Source of the DNA: Amoebophrya sp. A120
Lineage: Eukaryota > Protista > Dinoflagellata
DNA: 64,000 bases
Direction: 5' to 3'
Assembly (NCBI GenBank): GCA_905178155.1
Contig: CAJINV010000006.1
Coordinates: forward strand, 1,799,876 to 1,863,875
The position numbers and the translations under genes are program-made. The notes beneath the pieces are model-generated. The model was not told the origin of the DNA and made no database searches. It worked only from the letters and a program-made list of their open reading frames with translations. Shown piece after piece: positions 1-12,900 of the stretch; position 1 is the first letter of the stretch; each line of letters starts with the position of its first letter.

Positions 1-94
1 GACGAGCCGGAGGCAAATCCCTATGTACAACCTCCACCACAACAAGCTGCACTTCTTACTCACGGAACGCCGGGCCACTTCAGCTCGTCTGAGA

Positions 95-960
95 TCCCAA
101 AAAGATCCTATCAAGATCCTGGCCGCTGGGCTACTTCGGCGCCCCGAAATTACGAATCAGGCCCAATGTTTTGGCCTTCGCTCTGCCTCCTTTGTATAGC
201 AAATTTGCGCGGCCTTTTCTGGGCGTGTCGCATAGCTGCCGAGCTTTTCCTGGCCCCTCCCCCGCCTAGAATCTATGGATTTGGCGGCGCAAAAAAGTGG
301 CCAAAAAAGTGTCCTCTGGACAGGATCTTGATCGGAACTTTATCGGATCTTGAACGGAACTTTTTAGGAACTTTTTTTTGGCCTCTGAAGCTTTCGCCAT
401 ACCGCCGTGATTGGCGACTTTGAACATTGTTTGAACATTGGCCGGATCCTTTGTTCGGGGTTCAAGAAGTGGCCCTTCTCCCTTTGAAACACGGGCTGTT
501 TCTTTGATTCAACAAATTCAGCGGCTTCGTTTCTTTTTGAATCAAAAAAAAAACTCGCTTTGGGCTAGTGCGCCGTCTTTTGCTGGACCATTTCCGACCT
601 GGCCTTGTCCTCGGGCTCAGGTATATCTGGCCCATGGAGGCGAGATGGACCCTGCGGACGGGGGCAATTCCGTCCATTGCCGGGCCCCAGATTGTTCCGC
701 GTCGCGCCAGGGCTTTTACAACCGCGCGACCACTCGCTCGCCTTTGTTGGGCGTGGTTATTCGTCACTCCCAGCAAGCTAGCGCCTGTGGCAACGCCCGC
801 GGGGCGTCTGGCCCTTTCTCACATCTACCATACCTTCGTGTAACGCGCGTTACACGAGCGGTCTATGCTTCCCTTTCGTCGGCAGGCTGTCCCTGGAAGC
901 TACAGAGGGGCGGACGCTCCGAATCTTTCCGACCCCTCCCCCTGGGGTGTCGGGGGTAAT
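95..960. repeat. Probable repeat/TE-derived GC-rich segment upstream of the ZRANB3-like exon
   Basis: Inverted repeat AGATCCTATCAAGATCCTG (~103-121) vs CAGGATCTTGATCGGAACT (321-339); repeated GGA(A/T)CTT motifs; 22-bp perfect palindrome at 836-857. Confidence 0.45.
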
Positions 961-3900
961 CTTTTCAGGATCTTCGTGGGTTCTCAGGGCGTCGTCTGTG
1001 GCCCGTCGTGCCGCCAGTAAACTTCGGAACAACAACTTTTCTACCCCAGCACAGCCCTTGCAGGATGAAAATAACAGCACCAGAGGACCTGCTCTTTCAC
1101 GACGACCACCGCATGATTTTTATCAGCCAATAAACCAACTACCAGGTCGTGGACCCCCGGTAGGAGGAGGAGGAGGAGCAGGAGGCGCTCATGCTCAACC
1201 CCCACACCACCACCTCCCGTCAGCGACTGCGTATGGCGCAGCGCCCGGGCGGCAACCGCGTGGTGGTGGACTGCAAGAACTGCAAGCGGCAGCAACAGCT
1301 TCTGGTGTAGGTTGCACTTCTACGAGTACAATAAGCGGTGGGCAGCATGTTGTGTTTTCCGCACTGCAGCAACCCCCGGCGCAAAAAGGCGCCTCTCTAT
1401 TCGGACCAAGTACACTTACACAAAGTACTAGAGGGCTACACCGGCACATGTTACCGCCGCCGCTGGTGCCGGCGGGGCAAGTGCAACCAGGCCTTCCTGG
1501 CGGTAACAGCACTAGCAGCACCGCGGAAGGAGCTAAAAAAAATTTCCAGGAAATTATACCTGGTGTAGTACTACAAGAACCCTCGTCAAGTTCTTTCCCT
1601 TTCTCTGGACCTTCGCAGATTAAACCCAGCTCTGCTTCTGCTGCTGTCGTGCAGCCAACTAGATTTGGAGGTAGTAGCGCCTCTAGTGGGGCTGGGTTTG
1701 GATCATTTGGTAATCATAATCCCGCTGTAAAAATAAAACAGCAGCCGTCAACGCCCGTCGCTCCATTCGGTGCCGCTTTTGGAGGACCTAGTGCAGCTGC
1801 TGCGCCGACGTCGTTCTTTGGGGGTTTCGGCAATTCAAGTAGAAATGCCACTGCTAGTGGAACAAACATAGCGGTGGGGAATGCGGCGGCGCCTTCCTTT
1901 GGCGCCGCAACACCGGGTATTAACAAGCAGGCAACTAGTTCAAGTGGAAGTGGTTTCATCTTGTCCGCACCACAAGCGCAACAGCAGTTCGGCAGCTTCG
2001 GTGCGACGACGACGAGCACTAACACTGGCCGCACCACCGGATTTGCATTTGGCAACACGAGGACAAACAACGCTTTTAATACCAACCAGCCGGCGCAGTT
2101 CAACCAGTCGACCTCGCAATTTTTCCAGTCGACCTCGCAATTCGGACCAGTGCAACAACCACAACTAGGAAAAAGCGGAAATAATGTTACAGTGAACAAC
2201 AAAAATAGCACCACAACACATCCAGCTGTTTCACACCTACTACAGCTTGGGGCCCCGATGAGGAACCTGTACGAGAAGAATGTTCGCACGGCTGAACAAG
2301 AAATAGCGGAGATGCTGGGCGACAAGTACGTGAATGAAAGCGAACTGATGAACCGCCTACAGGTCTCCACCATGCGGCTGCTCTGTCGCGAACTGAAACT
2401 GACCATGGGCAACAGCAAGAGAGAGTGCGCGCTCGCCTTATCGGGTAAGGTTTTGCGGAAACGGGTGAATGAACTCGCGCGGGACGGGTTCGGTGGGGGA
2501 GTGTCGGGTGGGGGATCGACGACCTTCTGGTGGGCGCGGGAAGTAGTCGGGATAGGAGGTGATGGTGCTCCTGACAAAAGCAGCACAGTAGGTGAGAGGA
2601 ACGACCACCAGGAAATAAATGCAGTGGATGCTAGTATTGGAGGTGAAGACCGTTTCAATATGTTTTCCAGATCACGAACTCTTGTTCCCTATCCTTCGTC
2701 ACCCGAGAGAACATCAAATAAAGCCCGGATGATGAGGAGATCCTACAGTCCGGAGATAGTGAAGTACCGAAACGAGTTCCACCAGAAGGTCACCAGCGGT
2801 TTCGACACGGGGCAAAAATTGCTAAAAGTCATCATGAAGTGGCTGGATACCAGCAAGGGCGTGCAACGCCCCCGGATCAAGCATCTGGGTTGTTGGACGC
2901 CAATGTATACAAATTACTGCCCCCCCACGGGAACAACTGGAGGAGGGGCTGCACCTACTACAGGTGGACCGATGCAGACACGCAGCTTTGATGTTCATCG
3001 CGGCGGCGACATTTTCGTCTGCGAGGGCACGAAAAAGCCGGGCATTCACGACGTGGTTGCGGGAATTACCGCGAACGGAGAATATCAAAAGGAAAAATCC
3101 CCCCTCCTCATATCAAAACGAAGTTTCTGATGCTGGATTTGCGTACACAAATCAGATTTGCTAGAGAGGACTGCAGGCTTAGGCTGAGCCTGAGTAGGGA
3201 GGTTTTGGGCTAGGCGTTGAGCATGGCAAACGTCAAGTCTGTGGGGCCAGCAGCATCACAAACCGCCTGCAGAATGCGGCGGAGCCTGTGGAGTTGCGTT
3301 CTTGCAAGACAGAGGCCATCTGTGGCCACAAATCAGTATTGCAAATTTTCTGAGACGTGCCTTTTCGTCATGGGGAGGCTTTTCCTTACGATAGAGAAAA
3401 GGTGGACTCCATTCCCTGGCTGTACGCCGAATGCACAACGTGCAGCGGGAAACAGGACAGCCTGCTGAGTAACTTTGTCAACTACAACATGCGCGGCGGG
3501 AAGTGGTTGGCGAAAACCGGGTTTGCACAGCTGGAAAGTTTAAAATCTCCGCGTTTACTGCTGCTCTTCCGGCCGCGGATATGCATTGCAAATATCCCTG
3601 GATGTCTGGAAGGATGGAACTTGATGTGATGCGTCTGGTGGATCACACAAATTTTATCTGTCTTGCGTGATCAACAATGAGGCCCTTTCCTGACCAGCAT
3701 GAGAGGGAATCTTTCATGCAGGACAGGCATGATAGAGACCTCGCAGATGAATCTGTCATGCTATGTCCTGCATTCCAGACCGTATGGGGCATGGAAAGTC
3801 TGCATGACAAGTTTGCACTCTTCCAGACATCCAGGGATATTTGCACTTAATAGCGGAGCGTCGCCGACAACTTCTGCTGCGAGTTGCTGATTGATACCGA

Positions 3901-6900
3901 TTATGAATTGCAAAATCACCGTACCTACTCGTAGTAATTCCATTTTATATATGCATTACAAATCTCTTTCTGAAGGTAAATCAGCATTACAAATTAAATT
4001 TGTAATGCTGGGCTAATTTGTAATGCAATTTATACGTAGAAGTACGATGGTGCTTTTGCAGTTCATACCGATTCGGAAGAAGGAAAGCGGTGGATGGAGT
4101 ATTTTCTTCTGGAAAAATTTCAGTTCTCAGAACAACAGCCAGAACTTGGCGTTGTACAGCAGCGGGGAACAGAAGTTGCACTTCCGCAGGAACAGCGCGG
4201 TCTTGTCTCCAATACAGACCTACCATCATCTGGCATAAGCGCAGCAGCAGCTATTGGAGCTCCGGATCATCTTCATGTGAACAAGACGTCCACTGGGACG
4301 AGCTCTTTCAAGGATTATCTGCGTGTGGTGCACAAGAATGTTGTTCCTCCGGCGACCACTTCGGCCAATCAAAGTCTGGCATCTGCTAGTTCAACATCCG
4401 CCCAATTCTTTTTCAAGCTCCAGGATTACGACCAGGTTTTGCGCATGCTGCAAGAGTTCGTTTCCGACAAGTGGCTCCAGAAATGGCGGTGGTGGAAGAT
4501 GAGACCGCAGAACGAAGTTGTTATACACCACGTTGACCAGGGGAGGGCTGCGCCTTCCGTAGAAGTACGACACCAACCCCATGCTGCTCAGCAGGGAGGG
4601 ACGGTGCTGTTAAACACTGGAGCTGTACCTCCATCCAGTGCAAACGCAATGCATCAGTTTCAGCCAAACTATAGCTATCCAAACAGTAACTCCGCGCCCC
4701 ATCGTCGATATAATCTTCATGCTGGTGCGGGTGCGCCACCGCATGTTGTTCACCAGAGCTATGAACGGCAAAAGTATCGTACTCGTATAAATGCATTACA
4801 AATTTCCTCAGCATGAGAAATAAAATTTATTGTCATGCGGATTTACCTTAAGGAAAAAATTTGCATAACTGTGATTACTACGAGTGCGATACTTTTGCAC
4901 AGGATAAGAGTGCAACCACCACAACAGCCTCGTCTGCGCAACCGGCCGCATCGTCCTCTTCGACTTTGAAGCAGATTCCCGCCCATGAGCTGTGGGACAG
5001 AATCTGGATCGACCCGATTCCCGCCTTGCACTTCGAATTGCTGAAGCGGGACACCAGTTTGTTTGATGCGAGCAACAGAAGCAGGGCCTCGTCGAGAGCC
5101 ACGAGTGTGCTGGAATTAGTGCTGAAATTTTGCAAAAAAGTCGCGCACTTGAGTTGTAGTGTTTCGGAAAACACAGACCCGGGTGAGGAGGACATGAATT
5201 TGGAGAAAGTGCAAGAAAATAAAGATGACGTTCTTGCACATCAAGTTCTACATCTCTCCTTCAAGGAAAAGCTGACAAGGGCCCGGGAGCAGTTCATTGA
5301 GAACCACCGACATCTCAGCCTCGGGACAGACACAAACGAGATGGAGAACAATGTGGCACTTTACCATGTATGCATTGCAAAGGTACCGTACTTGTCCCAA
5401 TTGCAAATATGCATTTACAAATCTTCTTCTTAAAGGAAAATCCGCATTACAAATTCAATCTGTAATGCTAAGTCAATTTGTGATGCAATTTATACTTAGT
5501 ACGATGTTTTTGCAATGCATACCATGACATTCTACTGGACATTGATTCCTATGTCCGACAGCTCTACGACTCAAAAATCTGGACCCGCCTGGCCCGCTAC
5601 CAGCGCGAGGGGGTGCTGAGGATGTTGAAGACCAACAACTGTCGTGCGATTTTGGCGGACGACTGCGGGCTGGGGAAGTCGGCGCAGGCGCTGGCGACAC
5701 TGGCGGCTTTGCCCGCGGCGGAGGCTTTTCCGTATCGAAAGGAAACATCCCCCGTCCCCATATCAAAACGAAATTTCTGATGCTGGATTTGTGTGCACAA
5801 ATCCGAGCTGTCTTGCTGGAGAGCACTGCAGGCCCATACTAAGTGTGAGTAGAGAGGTTTTGGCGGCCTAGGCGCTTAGCATCAAAAACCTCCGTGCTGT
5901 AGGCCCAACAGCATGACAAACCGCCTGCACAATGCGGCGGCTGTCTGTGGAGTTGTCTTCTTGCAAGACAGACACGATTTGTGACCACAAATCAGCATCA
6001 CAAAGTTCCACAAATATACCTTTTCAGTATGGGGAGGGGGGATTTTTCCTTTTGATATCCCGGTGTTGATCATCTGTCCCGCGAGCTGCAGGAACACCTG
6101 GGCTATCCTGTGCAGAAGTATCGTACTCATATTGCAATCATGCATCACAAATCTTTTTCTCAAGGCAAATCCCCATTACAAATTTCATTTCTCATGCTGG
6201 GGAAATTTGTAAATGCATTTATACGAGTGCGATACTTTATTTGCAATGCATATGGGCGCTGGAAATCGAGAAGTGGTTATCGCCCTTGTTGAATCCGCTG
6301 GAAGTGTTCTCGACGAGATCGGGCGCGTTTGAAATCTATCAAGTGCAATAAATATGTCTGGGTCTGGAAGATTGCAAGAGTTGTCATGCTAGTCTGGCAT
6401 GACTCTGCACTCTGTATTGCGTGGCCACAAACAGCCTCTCTCGCCTGTCATCTCATGCCGCAACGCAGTTTCTCATGCGAAATACGCAGCACAGAAGCAC
6501 GAGAAAACTTGTCATGCTTGGCTGCACATTACAATTCACCTATTGATCCCTGACTTGCATCACAAGTAGCCAGACCCAGGCATATTTGCAATGCATAAAA
6601 TCTTTGAGGAGTATCGGAAAGCGGAAAAAACCGCGAAAGAGCGCAACGACCCGGAGTATTTGAGCTCCAAGAAATTTGTCTGCATCACCTCGTTATCCTG
6701 TGCAAAATTATAGTACTCGTACTAATTGCGTTTATGCATTACAAATTTCTTTTTCAAGGTAAATCAGCATTACAAATAATGCTGGGCTAATTTGTAATGC
6801 AATTTGTGCTAGTACGATGCTTTTGCATTGCATACTCGTACCACCTTGCTTCCCGCTGCCAGGACCAGTTTACGCAACACAAATTTCATCATTTCCCCTG

Positions 6901-9900
6901 CAAGCACAAACTGCATCACAAATTTCACCAATTTATTTGGAGCGCATCTGTCACTTGTCATGCTGAACAGGATTGGAGAAAAATTTTGTCATGCGGGAAA
7001 CCGCATTTTTATGTGCAGTACGGGAAAGTTAAAAAATTTACGTGTGGATCCTTTTCCACCGGATCCCGTGGAAATTCGCGATCGTGGACGAGATTCACCA
7101 GTTTCTCTATGCATTGCAAACACGTCGGGGTTTGGAAAAGTGCAACTTGTCATGCTGCCTCTGGACTCGAAAAAAATCTGTATAACTGCACGAGCAGCAA
7201 CAGGAACCCAGTTCATGCTGTGCGGAGATGGCATTTCTAATGCGGGGTAGGCATCAAAAAGCCCTCAAAAGATCCGTAATGCTAGGACATGCATCACGGA
7301 CGTCATGGGCCAAGCGAAACATGTGAACCAGTACACGAAGGGTACCCAATACGCGAAGGGTACCTACAACATACGAAAGGACCAGAATACATACGAAAGG
7401 AGAGAGGAGCAGCGAAATCCGCTATACAAAAAAGCAGTTTTTGTATGTACTGCCGGACGCAGACAACGGAGTTGTATGGTCCAAGAAAAGCGAGTAAAAA
7501 GCTGGCCGTGAGTGTGGCAGAGCAGCAAATTGCTACTCAAAGCAGGCCACAATGCACCGCGCGCGAAAAAATCGCTCCGCGGAACAACAGAAGAGCGCAA
7601 AAGGGGGCTTGCGGAGAGCGCACTGCGCACAAGGAGCGACACAAGCGGAGAAAAGGGGCGCTAAACCAAAAAAACTAGCGGCGCGCGCGCGGTGAGGACC
7701 TATTGCGGATCGATATTTTGTTAGCAGGCGGTGGGGGCACGCTTGCAGGCGGCGCTTCGAAAACATACAAGGGCCGAGCTTGTTTCGTGTGCGCGCTTTG
7801 GTAGCTAGCAGAGTTATCTCGCTCCTTAGCACTCTTGCTGCAGAGTCTACTGAAAGTGGAGAAGACCGAGGTGTAGCTCATCTTTTTTCAATGTTATTCA
7901 CTGAGTGGCTGTTTTGTTTTGGCTACGCAGCCACGTATTGCAGTCGGACAAAACCAGGGCAATAAAAAACGAGGGCGCAGGGGCATCGTAGGACCAGTTG
8001 CGTACTACGGGGCCCCGAGTAGTTACTGGGGGCCCCGTACTTGACGGCCGGGCCAGTGCTGGAAGGGTCCGGCGGGACCAGAAGGGGCCAGACAAAATGG
8101 CCATTTTATATGCACTGGCGATTTGTATGTGGCGTTTGTTCTAGGACAGGAAGGGGCAGGGCCCTTCGTGTACTGGCATACAAATATATTATGGGGGTAT
8201 CAGTAATTACTGGTTCACATGCATGATAAACCAGCGCGCTTTTTCTTTTCCAGACCCAGACGCTTTTGCAATTCATATCCTTTGTCCGGAGCTGAAATCG
8301 AAGTACCGGAGAAACCAAGCGATCGAGGAGTGGAGAACGCAGAGTCGCGTGGCCCAGGTGGATCGCAACCGAAACGGGGGTGACATCTCGAATATCCGGA
8401 AGCACACGATGGAGCTATTAAAGCGCATGTCGAAGATCCTGCTGCTGTCAGGGACGCCCCTAGGCTCCAGTAGCAGCGTCTCTGCGATTTTTGGAATCGC
8501 GCAGCTGATCGGAATCCCCATGACCAATGAGGGTGCTGCACGTGTTGGCGCAAGTGCTTTGATGTCCTCCCCGACCTCGTTTTCAAAGGACCTTGTCCAA
8601 GTGGGACCAACGAGAATTCCAAACTTTTTCGACACCCTGAACGAGGAGCACTTCCTAAAACGCAACTGGGACCTGTGCGAGCACACGTGCGAACGAGCCG
8701 ACGAGCTGGCGTACCTGTTTCGAAATTACCTGCCCATTATCCGCCGCGAAAAGCACGAGGTGCAGGGCGAAATCGCACGGTTGCCGCCGTATTTTACCAA
8801 AGTATATCCAATGCAATATAGTACGTCTGGGTCTGGAAGGATGCGAGGTTTGTCATGTTCGTTCGGCACGACCGAAGAACTTGTGATGCGTGTCCAACTA
8901 GAGACCCTTTGTTTTGCTTGTCATCCAAAAAACGCAGCTTGTCATGCCGAAACTGCAACACTAAGAAAGCAGCGCAGATACTTCCCATGCTTGGCTGTGC
9001 ATTACAGAGCATTCACTATTCTGAACTCAGCATTACAAGTTTCCAGACCCAGGCATATTTTCTCGGAATAAAGTAATTCCGGTGAAAATTTCCAAGGAAG
9101 TGTTTGACTTCGTAAACGACTTACGCCCCGAGGTGGTGTTTCTAGAGGGAGAAGAGAGCAACTACAATACAGGGAACAACGCAGGAGATACAAACAAGAG
9201 TGCAGTTAATTCCGGAAGAGCAGCAGCACAAGCTGCAGTCGACAAGACAAATTTCGTTATCGCGACCGAGTATGAGCGTACCGGGTACATGAAAATCCGC
9301 GAGCTGTTTGCCCAGTACAAGAAAGACCCGTCCCATGGCACGGTTTCTGCGGGCGCCGCTGCAAACTCGGAGTCCTTCGCCTCAAGGGGTTTGTACGAGT
9401 GGCTCAAAAGCGACATTTTCGGGAAAGCGAGAAACCGCCGGAACAGTGTGGGAGAGACAGTGGAGGAGATCGGTCAAACGTTAGAAGATGACAGTGATCC
9501 GGAGGACCAGGACGCGGACCGTTTTGGTTTTCGCTCTCAACCTGAAGCAGCTGGGCGGCATGATACAACTGGCCAGAACACCAATACACGACAGCACGGA
9601 CCACACGGAGTAGAAAATAAATTCTCAAACCGGCACAAGAAATTCATTTTTTTCACGCGTCACCACCGGGTCACCGACTTTCTCGCACAAGTCTTGCTGG
9701 AGTTGCGACACTATGAACTGCAAAAGCCAATCGTGCGTAATAGTAATCGCATTACAAATTTTCTCAGCATTACAAATGGAACTTGTCATGCCGATTTACC
9801 TTGGGATGGAGATTTGTGACGCATAAATGCGATTACAACTACGAGTGCGGTACTACTTTCGCACAGGATAGTCACAAGCTCCGTATCGACGAGATCCGAC

Positions 9901-12900
9901 AGATTGACGGTAGAACGCCAGAGCAGGATCGCAAGGAGACGGTCGAGGAGTTATCAAATGCAAATATGTCGTCCTCTGGGTCTGCCGGGTTGCCGCAACT
10001 TGTGATGCGTATTTTGGATCGGACGAAAATCTGTCATGCGTGGACAGCAAAAATAACTTATGATCTGTCATGCGTGGGCAGCAATAATAATAGCTTACTT
10101 CTCGTACTCGTCACCAAAATCTGGAATTTCTTATGCGGGATTGTAGGCATTGGGGAAGCTCGTCAAGACCTGTGATGCTTTTGCTCGCATGCCAGAGCTT
10201 CTTGGTCACGCAAAAACAGCATGACAAAGTCAAAGTCCGCACTCTTCCAGACATCCAGGGATATTTGCTGTTGATAGGAATGGTTCGCGCACGAGGACTA
10301 CGCCGAGGAGACCCTGGCTCTGGTTTGCGGTCAGGAAGTATCGTAAGGAAAAATCCCTCCTCCCCATATCGAAAAGGAAATCTGTGATGGTGATTTGTGA
10401 CCACAAATCAGCTTTGTCTTGCGTGCAAGGCAAAGGGCACCCATTGGCGCATTGTACAGCGAGTCTATCCCGCGTTTTCGCCTATGTCAGACTTGTTTCG
10501 CATGCTCAGCTGCTAGCCGGATGCGTACCCAAATGGGCTTAGAATATGCCGACACGCTCTCGCTGCAATACAAAGTGCATTGGTGTACACAAATCCAGCA
10601 ACGCAAATTGTCTATTTGACTATGGGGTGGGGGCTTTTTTCACTTTGATAGGAAGCCATGGGGACGGGAGTCAACGGGCTGCAGATTTCTTCCTGTGCGA
10701 TTTTTGTGGAAATTCCGCTCTCCGCGGACCTATTTCGCCAGTGCTTCTCGCGCTTGCACCGGCATGGGCAGAAGGCGAAGCAGGTGGACATTTTCGTTCT
10801 CTCCGCGGAAATATCCTGTGCAAAAGCATCGTACTCGTACTAATCGCAGTCCTGCAAGACAAATTTCTTTTTCAAGCTAAATCATCATGACAAATTCCAT
10901 TTGTCACGCTGACCTAATTTGTATTGCAATACTACGAGTACGGGACTTTTGCAATTCATAGGAAAACTCGAGCAGTATCGACGGGAGCTGTGTCGGCGAC
11001 GGCATTGAGGACCGAACCCGCTGGGAAACGATTTTGGATCAGCAGGGCAAAAGCTCCGACTTTTTCTACAAATTCGACGACACTCTAGTGCCGGCGAGTC
11101 AGCATCTTGACGGGGGTGGGGGAGGTACGCAAATATTGAATGCGACAAGAAGACCCGACGATCAAGATCATCCTGGAGCTTCAACATTATGTGGGACGAC
11201 TGGATCAATGCTACATCCAGTGGTCCCAGCGGCACTACACCCAGGTGGCAGTGCCTCGATAACAACGACCTCCTCGCAATTCGTTGCGCAAAATAATAGC
11301 CTCCACCAACCCGCCCAGTTCCTCCCTTGTGGTCATCCACCAGCGACGGCCGTTGTTGCGGCACAATTCTACTCAGCTGCGCCGGGTCGTTCTGCTGTTT
11401 CCGCGCATCAAGGTGGGACGTCCAATCCGACCGCCCATCTCTCTGCCGCCGCCGAACAACCTTCTGCGGCCGCAAGGAGAACAAGCAAGAACTACACAAC
11501 TACTGCAAACGATAGCAGAAGCGGGGTTTCGAAAATCCAGGAGATGAAGCTGAAAATGGATTCCGCTCTGCGGATAGCCTCGAACGCGGAGAAAGCTGTC
11601 TACGAGAAGCAGGAGTTGAAGCTGCGAGATATGGGATTCTCAAACCTTACATTCTCAACTGTTTACATGTTTTATTTTTGTCATGCAAAATTACCATCAG
11701 ACAGCATCGAGATCGACGCGATCAATGAGTACTTCTACTTCGCATGACGAATAATTATTGGTTGAAGCGCCGAACATAGCATGGAGATTGATCTGAGCCA
11801 AATCTGTCGTGCAAGACGCGCAAGTAGTTTTGTTTGCAATGCACTTGTTTTGTTATTCCTGCATCTTCACAAATTTATGTAAGCACAAACAGTTGAGAAC
11901 GTAACGTCTGAGAACGCCATATGGGAGAGAAACCAACTGCGCAGTGGAGATCCTGCTTCGTCCGGCGACTTGCAGCGGCAAAAGTGGATCGACAAGTTGA
12001 ACTTCAACGAGGACAACTACCGATTCCTCGTGCACCCTCTGACAGAGCACTTGCACATGTTTGAAGTGCTGGCCCCAGAAGATCATGTTCTACTTGACGA
12101 AAAGAACGGAGCTCGTTCAGGGAGTGCGGTAGTGGGGAGCTACAACAAAGACGAGGAAGGAGGAGCAGCGTCTCCAAGCGAGGGACCACCAGCACGCGGG
12201 GACAATCATTTCATAGCTGCGACCACAACGTCGACATCATCCACTTCAACCACGAACCAGGTTTTGGAAACCATCGACCACAGCTTTTGTTTTGACAGCC
12301 AGGAATCCCGGGTGCTGCTCGATGTCGGTCAAGAAATATTAAGCCAAGAGCTCGTCGCTTCGCAACCTCCGCCGGGCGAGGTGGGTACAAAGCAGGTGGG
12401 CAGCGGTACTGCAGCTACTGCACCTGTTCTTTCCGCTGACACGACGACGGTTGGTAGCACGACCAAGGCACGTCACAGGAGAGTGACGAAGCGACTGCGG
12501 TTTATTCGGTACTTTTCGCAGGTTTCCAACGCGGATATCGGGGAAGCGAGGGTGCGGGCGGAGGTCGCGGAGGATAGAGATACCGGTCGTGTAGTGGCAC
12601 CATCGGCGGCTGGTGGTCGTGCAGATACTGGCGATGCGATCAACACTAGCAACGGGACAAATCAGGACGAACGAGATCATCTTCCGTCGTTGCAGATCCA
12701 GCAACAGACCGCCAAGAATGAATCCGATATCAGGAATATCCAAGAAAAAAACATTGTAGGTGTAACTTTTTTGGAGGAACAGCATTACAAATTTGTCTGG
12801 CATGACAGCAAAAACCTGTCATGCGCGGATAGTACGGCAAAACGCCCTTTAATGGACCCTATGATGCACGCCAAGCATGACAGACGCAATCATCTTGCGT

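Noticed and set aside
1714-2658. Long minus-strand ORFs opposite exons (also 38069-38782, 39299-39859, 47637-48113)
   Set aside because: Antisense shadows of low-complexity + strand coding exons.
3083-3393. Tc1/mariner TA target duplication or Paramecium-type TA-IES
   Set aside because: Neither TA stays in the restored frame and the duplicated target is the outer 5-mer. DNA-level elimination cannot be excluded from sequence alone.
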